A DNA stretch of 64,000 bases from Octopus vulgaris (GCA_951406725.2 OX597815.1:65906001-65970000), one strand, 5' to 3'; shown: positions 1 through 13,970, counted from the first letter of the stretch. Translations and numbers: made by a program. Notes: a model not told the origin generated them from the letters alone.

Positions 1-224
1 GATACAAACACGCTCACTCACACACATTCGGGTGTACACACGTACTCTTACTCTCTCATTCCCGCCCCGCTACTCCCTACACAGTTTCTTCGTCTTGGCA
101 TGTTTACATGTTTATGTGTTATGCATATTACACTCTCCAGTTACCACAAAAACAACCTCCCCCCGTTAGAATCTCCCCAGGACGGTATTGAGTAAAGTTA
201 TGAGCAAATAAACAATTCTAATAT

Positions 225-300
225 ATACATGTGTATATGTATATGTATGTATGTCTGTATGTATGTGTATATATATATGTGTGTGTGTGTTGTGTATGTA

Positions 301-332
<32 letters not shown>

Positions 333-486
333 CTCATATGCTTGTTTTCTTGTGATTTGCTTTGGATTTATTGCGCATTGTTCCGACTTAACCACAAATT
401 TTATATTATATTACATTATATATATATATGTATGTATGCATGTATGTATGTGTGTATGTATGTATGTATGTATGTATGTATGTATG

Positions 487-541
<55 letters not shown>

Positions 542-572
542 ATATATATATGTATATATGTGTGTATGTATT

Positions 573-605
<33 letters not shown>

Positions 606-612
606 TTTATAT
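225..612. repeat. Compound (TA)n/(TATG)n microsatellite, representative of dozens across the window
   Basis: Directly visible; source of the spurious YI/MYVC ORFs. Confidence 0.95.
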
Positions 613-726
613 ATTTTATTGCTGGCGAACGACTGCGGCTGCGCAGTAGATTTTGAAAACGTTTGGATGTATAAATAAGGGGCAGTTAGTTTGATCGTGC
701 CGTGTGTATACGTTTAACCCTAGGTG

Positions 727-802
727 TTCCTGCTGAAGACGATTGCACCTGGCGGGTTCATTTACTCGTTAAACTAAAATCAGAAACCAATTGGTCCAGG
801 AA
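727..802 (+). ncRNA. Minimal type I hammerhead ribozyme motif (PLE-terminus type)
   Basis: ttcctg-CTGAAGA-c-gatt...aatc-a-GAAA-C-CAATTG-G-TC-caggaa: 6-bp stem I, palindromic stem III, GUC site. Confidence 0.8.
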
Positions 803-945
803 ACTAGATGGTAAAATGATTTTATTTTTCCTTTCGTTCCTGTCGAATTTTATCCCTAATTTTTGTGGTTATAGAACCTAGCTGTTCTTTCTAGCGTGTT
901 GAATCCTATGACTGAATTCGTCATGTGTTTAAATATACAGTGTAT

Positions 946-992
<47 letters not shown>

Positions 993-1034
993 GAAAGAAT
1001 GGAGTCGAACGAAGATGTTAACAAAATTCCTTTA

Positions 1035-1110
1035 CTCTCGACATATGTTTCGAAGGCAACATGGTTTCATTCCAAAGGAATAAAGGGTGCATTATGCAAT
1101 CTTCTCATCA
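1035..1110 (-). ncRNA. 5'-truncated hammerhead motif
   Basis: Minus: TGATGA-gaag...cttc-GAAA-C-ATAT-G-TC-gagag; first core C and 5' strand of stem I missing. Confidence 0.6.
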
Positions 1111-1447
1111 TATTCTCTTCTCTAAAGTTCCCCTTGTAAACACACTCATAGAAAAATCATACAAATGTAAACACTGGCAGAAACATACTTTCTACTCATA
1201 TAAATGATAACGATAGTCACTGTGGTTTGAACAATTAGCTTAACGTGCACTCCACTTCAATAGCGAAATTCTTTCCTAAGCCTTCGAACATTCTTTCAAT
1301 CAACGTACCCTTCCCTCTCCACTTGTTCCCTACCTATTATTCCTTTAACCCTACTCTTCCTACTATCTATCTTTGACGTCAATTCTTCTAACTGTTTTTT
1401 TAAAAACACTCATTGTCGATTTGTTTACCATACATATATATATATAT

Positions 1448-1510
<63 letters not shown>

Positions 1511-1548
1511 TATACATATATATATATATATGAATATATGTATGTGTG

Positions 1549-1625
<77 letters not shown>

Positions 1626-1888
1626 ATATGTATGTATATATTATTTCATTTAATTGAAAGAAACAAATGCTTCTTGGTCTTGATGTATTTAATCAAGGTA
1701 ATATTTCCTTTCATTATTGATAACATAATCTCATCAATTTGGCAAACTGTTGATCCCTTGAGTGTAAATTTCTTCAGATTTCAAAGCAAAGAAATGCTCA
1801 ATATCCTTTTTAATCTCGTTGCAATTAAACTACTTCCCCTCAAAATGTTGCAATGATTCGAAATTATGATAGTCAGATGGAACAAGCT

Positions 1889-1960
<72 letters not shown>

Positions 1961-2014
1961 CAGTAGTAGTAGTAGTACGAGGAGGAGGAGGAGGAGGAGG
2001 AGGAGGAGGAGGTA

Positions 2015-2760
2015 TAAACTCCCATATCCAGTGTCATAACTTTTCCTTGAATAACTTGGGCAATATAAGGCCTTGCATTATCGTGTAAGAGTAACGCGTC
2101 TCTACGATTGACCAATGATAGTTTATTTGCATGCAAAATTTTGTGGAAAGCTTCCAATTGAAGACAGCACTTTGCATTAACTGCATCGTTTTAGTTTAAC
2201 ACTTCCTACCGAACACAGAACGTAACATATTTTGATGTGGACCTAGTTTCATCATTGGGTGCTAAAAATTGTCGCTTTCGTAGCATATGGTTACAGAGCA
2301 ACTCACTTTCCGTCACTTGCAAAGATTCTTCCCAGCGAATATTCGGTAGCAAGTTTATTCTTCAATAACGAGAAGAGGGCAACTCTTTGATTAAACTGAG
2401 TCAGATGATAAGACATCCACTGACCGAGTTTAAATGCTTTTCCTTATTTATAAAGGTGTTTTATGATTGTAGTACGACTTGAACTTAACCTTTTTGCTAA
2501 TTCTCGTACAGTTTCCATTGGATTTTCCTCAACTACTGAATATTAGCTGATATTGTTCGTCCAAATCGAGGGGAATCTGCGAGAGCAAAAATTCCCCTGG
2601 TAACTGACCAAATTAGTTTTGGTATGTCTACAGGTGGAATGAATATCTCTTGTCGCTTCCAATGCAGAAGAGCCTCTTTTGAATTCATACTGAATTCAGT
2701 GTCTAATATGGGTCTGATCTAAACTCATTTTAAAGGAATGGAATCGATACGAATTAAATC
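2015..2760 (-). mobile_element. Degenerate mariner transposase fragment
   Basis: LLLHDNARPY motif in ORF 1873..2157; frameshifts and stops. Confidence 0.7.
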
Positions 2761-3013
2761 ATCTAATCATTATGGTGAAACGTAACCTGCAAATAAAAAT
2801 AAACCCATAAGTATATAAAGATTAATGCTTATTTTATCGTGGGTGTTGAAAACGTAACCTTATATACATTGTATAAACATTGTATAAACTCTGATTCACG
2901 CATATTTTCCCTCTTCAATATCAGATACACAGACACACACACACATACACATACACACAAACATACATGCATACACACACACACACATATATATATATAT
3001 ACACACGCACACG

Positions 3014-3055
<42 letters not shown>

Positions 3056-3274
3056 CACATACATACATACATACATACATACATACATACATACATACAT
3101 ACATACATACATACATACATACATACATACATACATACATACACGCATATATCACTTAATCATTATAGTGTAAAGTAATTTGCAAAGAAAAAACATATAA
3201 AGATTAATGCTTGGGTGTTGAAAACGTAACCTAATATACAATGTATAAACTCTAACGCATACATATTTTCCGTC

Positions 3275-3342
<68 letters not shown>

Positions 3343-3346
<4 letters not shown>

Positions 3347-3733
3347 CGCAGGAGTGGCTGTGTAGTAAGTAGATTCCTTACCAACCACATGGTTTCGGTT
3401 TCAGTCCCACTGTGTCGAACCTTGTGCAAGTGTCTTCTACTTAGCCTCGAGCCGACCAAAGCCTTGTGAGTGGATTTGGTAGACGGAAACTGAAAGAAGC
3501 CCGCCGTGTATATGTGTGTGTCTGTGTCTGTGTTTGTTACCCTACCATCGTCTGACAACCGATGTTGGTGTGTTTACGTCCCCTTAACTTAGCGGTTCGG
3601 CAAAAGATGCCGATAGAATAAAAGTACTAGGGTTACAAAAAATTAGTCTTGAGGTCGATTTGTGCAACTAAAGGCGGTGCTCCAGCATAGCCGCAGTCAA
3701 ATGACTGAAACAGATAAAAGAATATAAGAAAAG
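3343..3733 (+). mobile_element. tRNA-derived SINE family A, full length
   Basis: Head taggcgcaggagtggctgtgtagtaag with A/B-box-like motifs, CORE-like ccttg(g/t)gcaagtgtctt, tail gcggtgctccagcat..ccgcagtcaaatgactgaaac; more than 12 copies in window. Confidence 0.85.
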
Positions 3734-3737
3734 TATA

Positions 3738-4935
3738 TAGAGTGCGATGGATAAATTGTCGCCATTTTATATTTTTTTAATTTGCTCATACACATTCCTT
3801 TTGATTTTGTCGACTATACAGTATAGTAGGGTTAGTTGGGCACCGTCTGTGAGAAAAAACAGCACCATGATGCAATTCATTCAGCCAGAAATTTGGAAAC
3901 GACATGCTGTACTGCTTGGCATTTGCGCTGGAAACTCCAATACGAACATTTCAAAGTGTTCGGGTGTCAATCTGTGGACACTGCAGAGGATTTGAAAAGA
4001 GTTGGATGAGCCTAATGATGATTACGAAGGTACGGCAGCTCGGAAAACTCACTGTGATCGTTCTGATAAGAAATGACTATCTTAATTTGTTGGTGAGATC
4101 CAGGCAATAATTGACGACGATTCCTCCAATTCAATCAGGTCCATCGCCAGGGACATGGGAATGTCTGAGTTTCTTATCAGGCATGTAGTGCATTAAGACA
4201 TTCGGTATTCCTCATACAAGATGAGAAATGGCCAATTTTTATCCCAAGCCATCACAGACAATAGGAAAGACGCGCTATGATGCTTCTGAACAAACTCAAG
4301 CATCCCCTCCGAATAACAATTTCTCTCACGAACCGCCACCATCTTTATTTAGATCTGTCAGGATCAGATGGTGAACACACAGAACAACCGTTGGCTTGCC
4401 GTATCCCCAAAACATGTACCGAGAGTGATAAAAATCAAACATCTAATCAACATTATGGTGTTTGGATTGATCACTAGTAATGGCAGCGTTATGCCTCCAT
4501 TCATCTTATCACACGGCCGCAGACTCAAACCAGAGGCCTACATCAAGTGCCTGGAGGAGGTAGTGCTGCCCTGGGGCAAGAGGGTGGCTGCTGGAAGACC
4601 CTAAGTCTGACAACAGTACTCTGCACCATGCCACACAAGCAGGAGAACCCAATCATGGCCATCATACAATTTCTGCGACCACATCCCCCCTGACATGTGG
4701 CCACCTAACCCCTCCCCCCAGTCTACAATCCCCCTTGATTATTATGTGTGGGGCGCAGTTGAGCGAGAGACCAACAAAACTCCTTGTAATACCAAAGATG
4801 AACTGAAGGCAAGGATTATGGCAGCATTCACCATATTAAACAAGGAGACCGTTCAGAAGAATTGCAGGAGATTTCGAAGTTGTCTGGAGGGTGTGGTTGA
4901 AGCCAATGGCAATTTTATTGAATAAATTTACTCTT
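3738..4935 (+). mobile_element. Tc1/mariner element, DD37D (maT-like) transposase pseudogene
   Basis: Reconstructed QQ(D)SAPCHTS...MWPPN(S)P..PLDYYVWG with about 37 aa between 2nd and 3rd D; left end matches the TIR of the copy at 7742-8631; stops and frameshifts. Confidence 0.85.
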
Positions 4936-5149
4936 CAAGGCAGTGCTCCAGCATGGCCACTGTCAAATAACTGAAACAAGTAGAAGGATAGTATTTTTGT
5001 TATCATTTAATATTAGCAACAGCGTTATATAATACATCAGAAGAGCACTATAATACAATAAAGGAAATAACCGCTGACACGATTAAATTTGAAACTTAAT
5101 CCAAATAACCTCAAATTCCCGTCACCCAAAACATATTGTATCATGTTTC

Positions 5150-5221
<72 letters not shown>

Positions 5222-5360
5222 AAAATTAATCAAAGGACATAATAATTATATCTACCTTGTTTAAATCGTCAAAATACACTGATAATGACTACAGAAATCA
5301 ACCGTCCGAAGGCAATCGGGCTAAGACAATCTCCCAACGTACATTTAAGTATTTGGACTC

Positions 5361-5412
5361 ACGTGGACTGGTTTCTGCACTGGCAAAAATAGCCTCAGCT
5401 TCCTCAGCACGC
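5361..5412 (-). ncRNA. Minimal type I hammerhead ribozyme motif
   Basis: Minus: gcgtg-CTGAGGA-a-gc..ggc-tattttt-gcc..gc-a-GAAA-C-CA-G-TC-cacgt. Confidence 0.75.
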
Positions 5413-5527
5413 GTTACTATGATAGAGACTCCTAACTCGTCGATACACTAGATAATAACAGAGTTTAATGTTCGCAAATTAATTTTTCGTGAATTATTTT
5501 TTCTTGTGAATTAATTGCGCAGTATTG

Positions 5528-5575
<48 letters not shown>

Positions 5576-6157
5576 TACTTTAATTGTTCCACCTCCTTGC
5601 GTTGTTGTCTTTTTTGTTTTCTGTTTGGATTAACTTTATATATATATATATATATAAAACTCTCCTTCCCGGCCACCAGGAGAGACACACCCCAAACACC
5701 TATAAAAAAACGTCATAAACAACATCCCTTTAAAAGGAATTCAACCATAAAACACCATCTCACAATTACCTTTATCTAATCGTATGTGCTCCCCAAACCC
5801 CCAACCCCACCCCCCTAAAAAACAACCATTACAGATATCCTCTTGCAATTCTGACCCTTCTAAAATAAAGAATTTACCACCATTAAATTAACCCTTGTAT
5901 ATACCTTTGTTAAGATTGCATCCTCCCACGAAATTACAACCCACCCCTGTTCGTACCCCACCCTGCATCACAGCTTATTTGTTAAACAAGGTTATATGTC
6001 CTTGATATACCTATTGTTACATCTATAGGTGTCCATGTTAGTTTATTACAGCAGAATATCATTGTTACTGAGTATTTGTTATTATGTACACGCCCACATA
6101 CAACCCATATATACATACATATACATATATGTATATTTTCGTATATATATATATGTA

Positions 6158-6251
<94 letters not shown>

Positions 6252-6284
6252 GCATTCAGCTCTGTTCCCCATACATGGCTGCTG

Positions 6285-7450
6285 AAGCGTCTATATTTGG
6301 CAAAAATATTTACATGTTGCTGCCATTGGAAGGCTCACAAAAGTCTGACCAACAATTCTCACGCTTACAACTGAGAGTAGAAAGATCATCTCTAATATTA
6401 TAAATATTTCAAAAGAAATATTCTGAGCAGATAGTTGTTCTAAAATTGTGTTCATTTTAGCATTATATCCAGTATCATTCTTGCTGCAAAAATCAAATGG
6501 TTACATGCTAGGATCTACAGCTGCTAGAGATATTAATGTAGCCCATAATTTCTTTGTGCATGAGCTGAAGATTTATGCTAAAAATGTTAACAATAGCATA
6601 AATCAGGAGTTAATAACATATACATCTGACATAGCAATGGAATAGTAAATGTTAGTATCTGACTGTATAACGTGAAAAATCAGTCCGCTAGACCCAAAAC
6701 CGTTCACCAACGGACTCTGTCTCTCCTGTTCTACACAAAGAATGCTACAAATACCTAAGCATTGATGAAAACATATCATACGAAGTTTCTGTGAATCAAA
6801 GTAGAGTGACCCGAAAATATTATACTAGATTTAGATAAATATAGCTGTCGGAACTCTCCTCTTAAAAGAAAATATCCCACATTGCACTTGCAGTGCCTGT
6901 GCTGATTTTAATATTTGGGATACTTGATTGGTTTGTAGAGGAAATCCCCTCCGCAAGATTTTGTCATCAACTGGGAACTTCTACAGAACCAGTGATATCG
7001 ACAGGCTTTTCCCAAGAAGAGATGAAGTAGAACAGTGCAGCCTTCGAATGTCGTTGAATACTGAAGAGTCTCTCAGGAAGCACTCTCATCTTGATGACCT
7101 CCTATACAACCCTCAAACATCGAGACTAACATACTTCAAACGTTCAGTATAGCAAAACAGACTATGTATAGGTATGTTTACCGAAGACGTGAACATAGTA
7201 ATATTAACATGAAGTGCAGCATCTCTTGGACTCATGACCGCTACAGCACATCTAACTTTGAAGGCTGTGCATTTGCAATCCAAGAACTGGAGACTGCTAC
7301 GAAATCCCTAGTAAACAATAGAGACAGTATATCTCTTGGAACCCGAAGAAACAACTGAAAATGTAGGTTATGTTATATTTCTGTGGAAGACCACACATGT
7401 AATTTGCAGCTACCCAAAACTGTACAATGCCATTCGAAAATAGGAGTATC
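6285..7450 (+). mobile_element. Highly decayed R4/Dong-like retrotransposon RT fragment
   Basis: Remnants HNFFVHELKIY (like HLFFVDDLKLY), YKYLSIDE, SDIDRL. Confidence 0.55.
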
Positions 7451-7703
7451 CTGAAATAGAGAATCCCAATATTATTGAATACAAGCACAAACATAAACAA
7501 TGCGACGACCACACGCTACATACATTCCTTCCAAGCATTGATGTAAACAGTGAAAGTGAGCTAGGACGTTAAAACTTAGTTCAACAAGTGCAATCTGTGT
7601 TACGCGGCTTTACTCTGTGTGCTTTAGCAACAGTCCGGATACTTATTGATCAGACCACATATATATATATATATACGCACGCACACACGCACGCACCCAC
7701 CCA

Positions 7704-7741
<38 letters not shown>

Positions 7742-7744
<3 letters not shown>

Positions 7745-8631
7745 AGGGTGCGGTGAATAAACTGTCGTCGAAATTACGCAAAAATGAAAATAACACTGGC
7801 ATCTCATTTTAACAGATATATTTACCAAAATTACATAAAAATATCTTGAACTACTAAAGAGTAAATTTATTCAATAAGATCACCATTGGCTTCAACCACG
7901 GCCTCCATACAACTTCGGAATCTCCTACAACTCTTCTAGATGGTATCTTTGTTTAATTTGGTGAATGCTGCCATAATCCTTGCTACAGGTCATCTTTGGT
8001 GTTACAAGGTTTTGTTGTTTTCTCGCTCAACTGCGCCCCACACATAATAATTAAGGGGTTTGCAGTCCGGGGAGTTAGATGGCCACACGTTAGGGATGAT
8101 GTGGTCGTAGAAATTGTCTGACGGCCATAACTGCTTATGTGATATGGTGCAGAGTCCTGTTGCCAGACATAGGGTCTTCTAGTAGCCACCCTCTTGACAC
8201 AGGGCAGCACTACCTCCTCCAGGTACTTGATGTAGGCTTCCATTTTGAGTCTGCGGCCATGTGGTAAGATGAATGGAGGCATAACGTTGTCATCACTAGT
8301 GATCACTCCAAACATCATAATGTTGACTGGATATTTGAATTTTATCACTCTCGGTACTTTTCCTCAGATTGCACTGTCCTCAGATTGACACCTAAACACT
8401 CTGAAATGTTTGTATTGGAGTTTCCAGCGCGAATTCCAAGCGTTAAAAAATGTGCAGCAGTACAGCAGTACAAATCTCTGGCAGATTGAAGTGCGTCATG
8501 GTGCTGTTTTTCTCTCAGACGGTACCCAACTGACCCTACTATACTGTGTAGTCGACAAAATCAAAAACAGCGAATGTGCATGTGCGAAATTAAAGATATA
8601 AAATGGCGACAATTTAGCCTCGCACCCTCTG
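7742..8631 (-). mobile_element. Internally deleted DD37D (maT-like) element with both TIRs
   Basis: TIRs cgaagggtgcggtgaataaactgtcgtc and revcomp cagagggtgcgaggctaaattgtcgcc; YVWQQDSAPYH; deletion junction near 8357; homologous to 3738-4935. Confidence 0.85.
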
Positions 8632-8953
8632 TGTGTGTGCGCGCACGCGTGTCTGTGTGTGTATGGATTCATTGAGATATTAATGTAATTTTCTAAGAAA
8701 GTTTAAATGAAACGAATAAAAAGTCTTGCTGCTCACAACTTTATACAAAGTATAGGTATATCACTAATGCCAGCCATGGTATATTTATATATTGATACGC
8801 CTTTCTGACCTATGGCTTTCTCACTCCTCTTGGCTCGTTAATTTCTTGCAGCCTTTATTCAGAAGACAATTTTTTGAGAGGATTTATGTCATTGTAGTAG
8901 ATATTAATACTATGATACTAAAAGTGCATCAATGTTTAGAAGAATACATACAT

Positions 8954-9014
<61 letters not shown>

Positions 9015-10094
9015 TAGAGATAGAGAGATGTATGTATAGTGATATATATTTATATATATGTATATGTATATAAATGTGTGTGTGAGCTTGTATTCTGAAT
9101 TGATTTATGCTAATGCAAGTCATCAGAAGTATTTATTGTTGACTTCGTGTATTAAATTATATTCATCTTCTAACAAATCAACAACAACTATCACTATGGT
9201 TATGAAACGAAAGTCTCTACTCTCATTTTCAGCAAATTTATTAACCATTTTTCCGCGGTCATCTTTCTGTTTTTAGAACCAACGGACACGATCGAATTCA
9301 CTTTTTCTCTTCATTTTTTCTTGTAATCTCTCTTTCATAATTTTTCTCATATTTCTTTCTCTAAATATTATATTTCAAATTAAATATCACAGCTTCTTCT
9401 ACTCTGGAGACTCTTTGACATGTCACTCATTTATTTATTACTTTCATTCCTCTCCTTTGTCAATACTTGTAGCAAGAAAATTTTTTCCATATTCATGATG
9501 GTAGAAGGCTCAACTGAACACATCCTGTGATTTATATTTTCGGTTATGAGAAACAAGAATGTTTGTTTACTAAATACTTTCTGCCAGAAATACAGAAGCA
9601 TTCTAAAAATCAATCTACATCTAGAAAACTTAATTTCGGCGAGAAAATTGATAAAAAGGTTTGATATACAGGACTAGAATTTTATGATATCATTAAAATG
9701 ATTCCGAAATTCACTTATTTTTTATCACTCTAGAAGGTATATTAAACATACTAAATTAATTCAGAGTCCAGTAATAAAGCAAGGCTAGTTTAATTGTCTC
9801 AACTCATTTTCCATCCCTTGCAGGTAAATGATACTCGTCCAGGTAAACCATTATTATTGCATGCAAAATTTGTGCTTAGAATTCAAATTACACACTAAGG
9901 GCAATTTTTTCGTGCGGACTTCCAATATCAGTAATATGTTTTACATATATTCTTTTATTCGTTTCATCCATGCGGCTGCGGTTATGCTGGAGCACCATAC
10001 CTACACATAAAAACAGACGCCTTATTATCGCAAATTTAAGCAAAAAGCCAGCGGTTTTAGAGAGAGAAGATTTGTTGATTACACTGAACCCAGC

Positions 10095-10228
10095 ATTTGA
10101 CACGTATTTACTTTATCGGTTTCTAACAAGATGAAACGCAAAGTCAACGGCGACGGAAGTTAAACCCAGAACGTAAAACAAGACGAAATCATGTCCGGCA
10201 AATAAACTATTCAGCCAACTCGTCGCCT

Positions 10229-10230
<2 letters not shown>
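10095..10230 (-). mobile_element. SINE family D fragment
   Basis: Similar to 62116-62495; abuts (AAT)n. Confidence 0.6.
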
Positions 10231-10356
<126 letters not shown>

Positions 10357-11229
10357 GAAACATTGGAAATTAATCCGGTTTTCAACAACAGAAATATAAG
10401 AAATGAAAACGGGAAAAAAGAAAACCCCGAAACATGGTATCTGTAGGAAGAATGGCCAGATTTCTGTTTCTCCAATAATTCTCATTGGAAGACGAGCATT
10501 AACTTGATATATTGCCGACTTAATTAAAGAAGTCTTGAGATTTTTCGACAGACGTATTTGACTTTTTGTCTTTTTGCCACACAGAGTTTGGCAGAAAATC
10601 TTCCCATACTGTTTTTTTCTGCCGCACCCGGCCGCTAACGAAGTAAGGCAGGTGGTAAAGGTGTCATCGTGCAGCTAATGTCTCTCATTTTTCTTTTTTC
10701 TGTCTTTTTTTTTTTGTACACTGTACATTTGCTGTTGAAAATGCTAATCAAGAATGGTGAAAGGGAGGGTGTTTTTGAAGCACACTGTAACACAAACATC
10801 AATTATTCCGCTGTTTTCTGTGTGTGTGCAGTAACGAGATGGGTGTGGCTTTTATGGTGGGGCGAGAAGAGATAGCAAACACCACAACCTTCCTGGCAAA
10901 GAAAAAAATCAAATAAAACAACATAAAAACAACAACAAAAAAAAACAAGCTATTTTCACGTCGCAGCGATTTTAGACAATTATTACCTGCCTTGATTTCC
11001 GTTAAAGCTACGATATCGTATCATATTATCCCGTATGTAATATCCAAACGTCACGTTTTCTTCTTATCCAAATATAAACACTAACCAGGTATTATCAATT
11101 GATTGACTTACAATAGCCTCTACCTCACTGCCTCTTCTCACGAAACAAAATGGTGTATTTTTCAAACAGCGCTCGTTACTTCGCTTCTCAATAATTTTCT
11201 GCTCAAATTACAATTACACTTCTTGTGTT

Positions 11230-11451
11230 GCTCGTTTTACACTTTTACTTGTTTTAATCATTGGACTGCGTTCATGCTAAATGCGCTGCCTTGAAGGGTT
11301 TACTCGAGCAAATCAATCATACTTCTTATTTTCAAATCCGGTACTTTTTCTTTCGAGCTCTTTTGTGAACCCTAAATTACGATGACGTAGAGAAACCAAC
11401 ACCGGTTGTCAAGCGGTGGCGGGAAGACAAACACAGACACGAAAACAAATG

Positions 11452-11530
<79 letters not shown>

Positions 11531-11765
11531 GTATAAATATATTTCCTCTTTTATCTTTTATTGTTTCAGTCAGTGGTCGGCGGCCTGCGTGGGGCACCAT
11601 CATGGAGAATTTGAGTCGAACAAATCAACCCCACTACCTGTTTTTCAAAGGCTGGTGCTTATTCTAGCGGTTTCTTTTACCGAACCACTAAGTTACAGGG
11701 ACGTATACACACCAACAGCGCGGTTGTCAAGTAGTGGTGCGAACAAAAACAGACACAAAGACACA
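11230..11765 (-). mobile_element. Two tandem SINE A 3' halves separated by (CA)n
   Basis: Reverse complement of the SINE A body and tail, twice. Confidence 0.7.
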
Positions 11766-11809
11766 CATACACACACATGCATATATGTATGTGTGTATAT
11801 GTATATATA

Positions 11810-11882
<73 letters not shown>

Positions 11883-11883
<1 letters not shown>

Positions 11884-12175
11884 GAGGCGCAATGGCCTAG
11901 TGGTTAGGGCAGCGGACTCGCGGTCGCAGGATCGCGGTTTCGATTCCCAGACCGGACGTTGTGTGTGTTTATTGAGCGAAAACACCTAAAAGCTCCACGA
12001 GGCTCCGGCAGGGTGTGGTGATCCCTGCTGTACTCTTTCACCACTCTTTCTTCTGTTGGCCTGCTCGCTTAGCCAGCGGGGTGGCGTCATTCGAAGGCTA
12101 AAACAATGCGAACGCATTGTGACCAGCGATGTGTAACAACATCTGATGGTCTGGTCGGTCACGTGATCACGTGAT
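11883..12175 (+). mobile_element. tRNA-derived SINE family B, full length
   Basis: A box TGGCCTAGTGG, B box GTTTCGATTCC; 3' end repeated at 26733-26847 (-). Confidence 0.8.
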
Positions 12176-12226
12176 ATATATATATACCTGCTGAATACCT
12201 GCTGGCTCTGACATATCTTTGATGTA

Positions 12227-12269
<43 letters not shown>

Positions 12270-12270
<1 letters not shown>

Positions 12271-12610
12271 TACATCAAAGATATGTCAGAGCCAGCAGGT
12301 AATCACACTTTTAAAAGACAAAGAATACTGGTGAAACACCCCAATAAAAACGGCAATTCGGTGCAAACATTATAAGCCTGATATTGTTCTATGGGACAAG
12401 GAGCAGGTCATACACAGTTGCAGCAGTCAGCTGTGCAGCAGATGTGAATGTAGCATCAAAAGTCCAGGAAAAAGGAAACATTTACAGCTCAACGAATACA
12501 CCAACTCAACAACTTATTTACAAATACCGGGAACTCAATTCAATATGTCTTGCCGCTTTGTTAGGGACCGGCTTGAATTCTCGTAAGAGCTTAAATAAAA
12601 CTCAAAGAAA
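12270..12610 (+). mobile_element. R4/Dong-like restriction-like endonuclease fragment
   Basis: HYKPDIVLWDK...VSCAADVNVASKVQEK.NIY across frames. Confidence 0.65.
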
Positions 12611-12749
12611 AATTATACATACACACATCAATCCATTCATCCATCCATACATACATACATACATACACACAAACACATATACATGCATACATACATACAT
12701 ACATACATACATACATACATACATACATACATACATACATACATACACA

Positions 12750-13170
12750 TGATGGTCGCTTCCTTGTTCTCGAGTATAGGATGAATTTGCTTGTACGTCA
12801 AGTGATACCTATGCATGATGCTTTTTAAAGTAAAGTGAAGCCTTGCACACAATCAATCCCACTCTCTGAACAACGATGACAGATACCCCAAAGAGGAAAA
12901 CTAGTCAACATCATTGGCTGCCATAAAGTCGCAGGTTTTATCTTCTGGAGTGACATGCTAACACGAACTAGTGATCACTCAGTCCCATTAATGTGGTACA
13001 CCATGCCTACAGTCCCATTTTCATGGTCTTTTGCAGCCTGAACCTGTTGTGGCTTCCCGTTGTTGAAAACATATCAATCTTCTGCGCTGCTACTGTGTCT
13101 TCTACACCAACGTCACCAGTTTGCCGATGGCTACTGCAACAAAAAACGCTGACCATGAGAAATAACAGGA
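12750..13170 (-). mobile_element. Possible RTE-like LINE C-terminal remnant
   Basis: KWDCRHG resembles KWDWAGHV; weak. Confidence 0.35.
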
Positions 13171-13209
13171 TCATACATACACACATATATGCATGCATAC
13201 ATACATACA

Positions 13210-13241
<32 letters not shown>

Positions 13242-13806
13242 CATGCATGCATGCATGCACACATACATACATACATACATACATACATACATACATACAT
13301 ACATACATACATACATACATACATACATACATACATACATACATACCATACCAAAAGAAATTTGCCTTAAAAGGTAATTATATTTTGGGGTTGAGCTTTT
13401 GCATACTTATGATGTAGAAAAAAATTTTAAATAGAACAGTCGCGAGAATATTTCACTTTCAATATGTAGATCACAATATGATATAACAGTTACAACTGAG
13501 TTTTGTCTTTATTGGTCAGAATGGAAAGCGCATGACACAAGATAAGGTTTCATAAGATAAATACTTTAAAAAAATAGAGTTGTTAGGTTTTAAATAGATG
13601 ATAAGTTATTTTAGACTATGTGAATCTATTTTCTGATATAAGATAAGTTACATATCGCAGTAATGACCTTGCTCCATTTTCAACCAACGTAATTCGTCGT
13701 TTCTATGCGGGGTTAGAGAAAAAACGCAAAAATATAATAAAGTCTAAAACGACAAACAGATACACAGATAGACAGACCGACAGACACACACACACACACA
13801 CACACA

Positions 13807-13843
<37 letters not shown>

Positions 13844-13892
13844 ACACACAGACAAGCAAGCAGACAGAGTGAATGAGATAGATAGATCGATC

Positions 13893-13970
<78 letters not shown>

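Noticed and set aside
9085-9130. CTGATGA-cttg...caag on the minus strand
   Set aside because: No GAAA or cleavage strand; may be chance
11883-11955. tRNA-like sequence
   Set aside because: No proper acceptor stem; it continues into a SINE body repeated elsewhere
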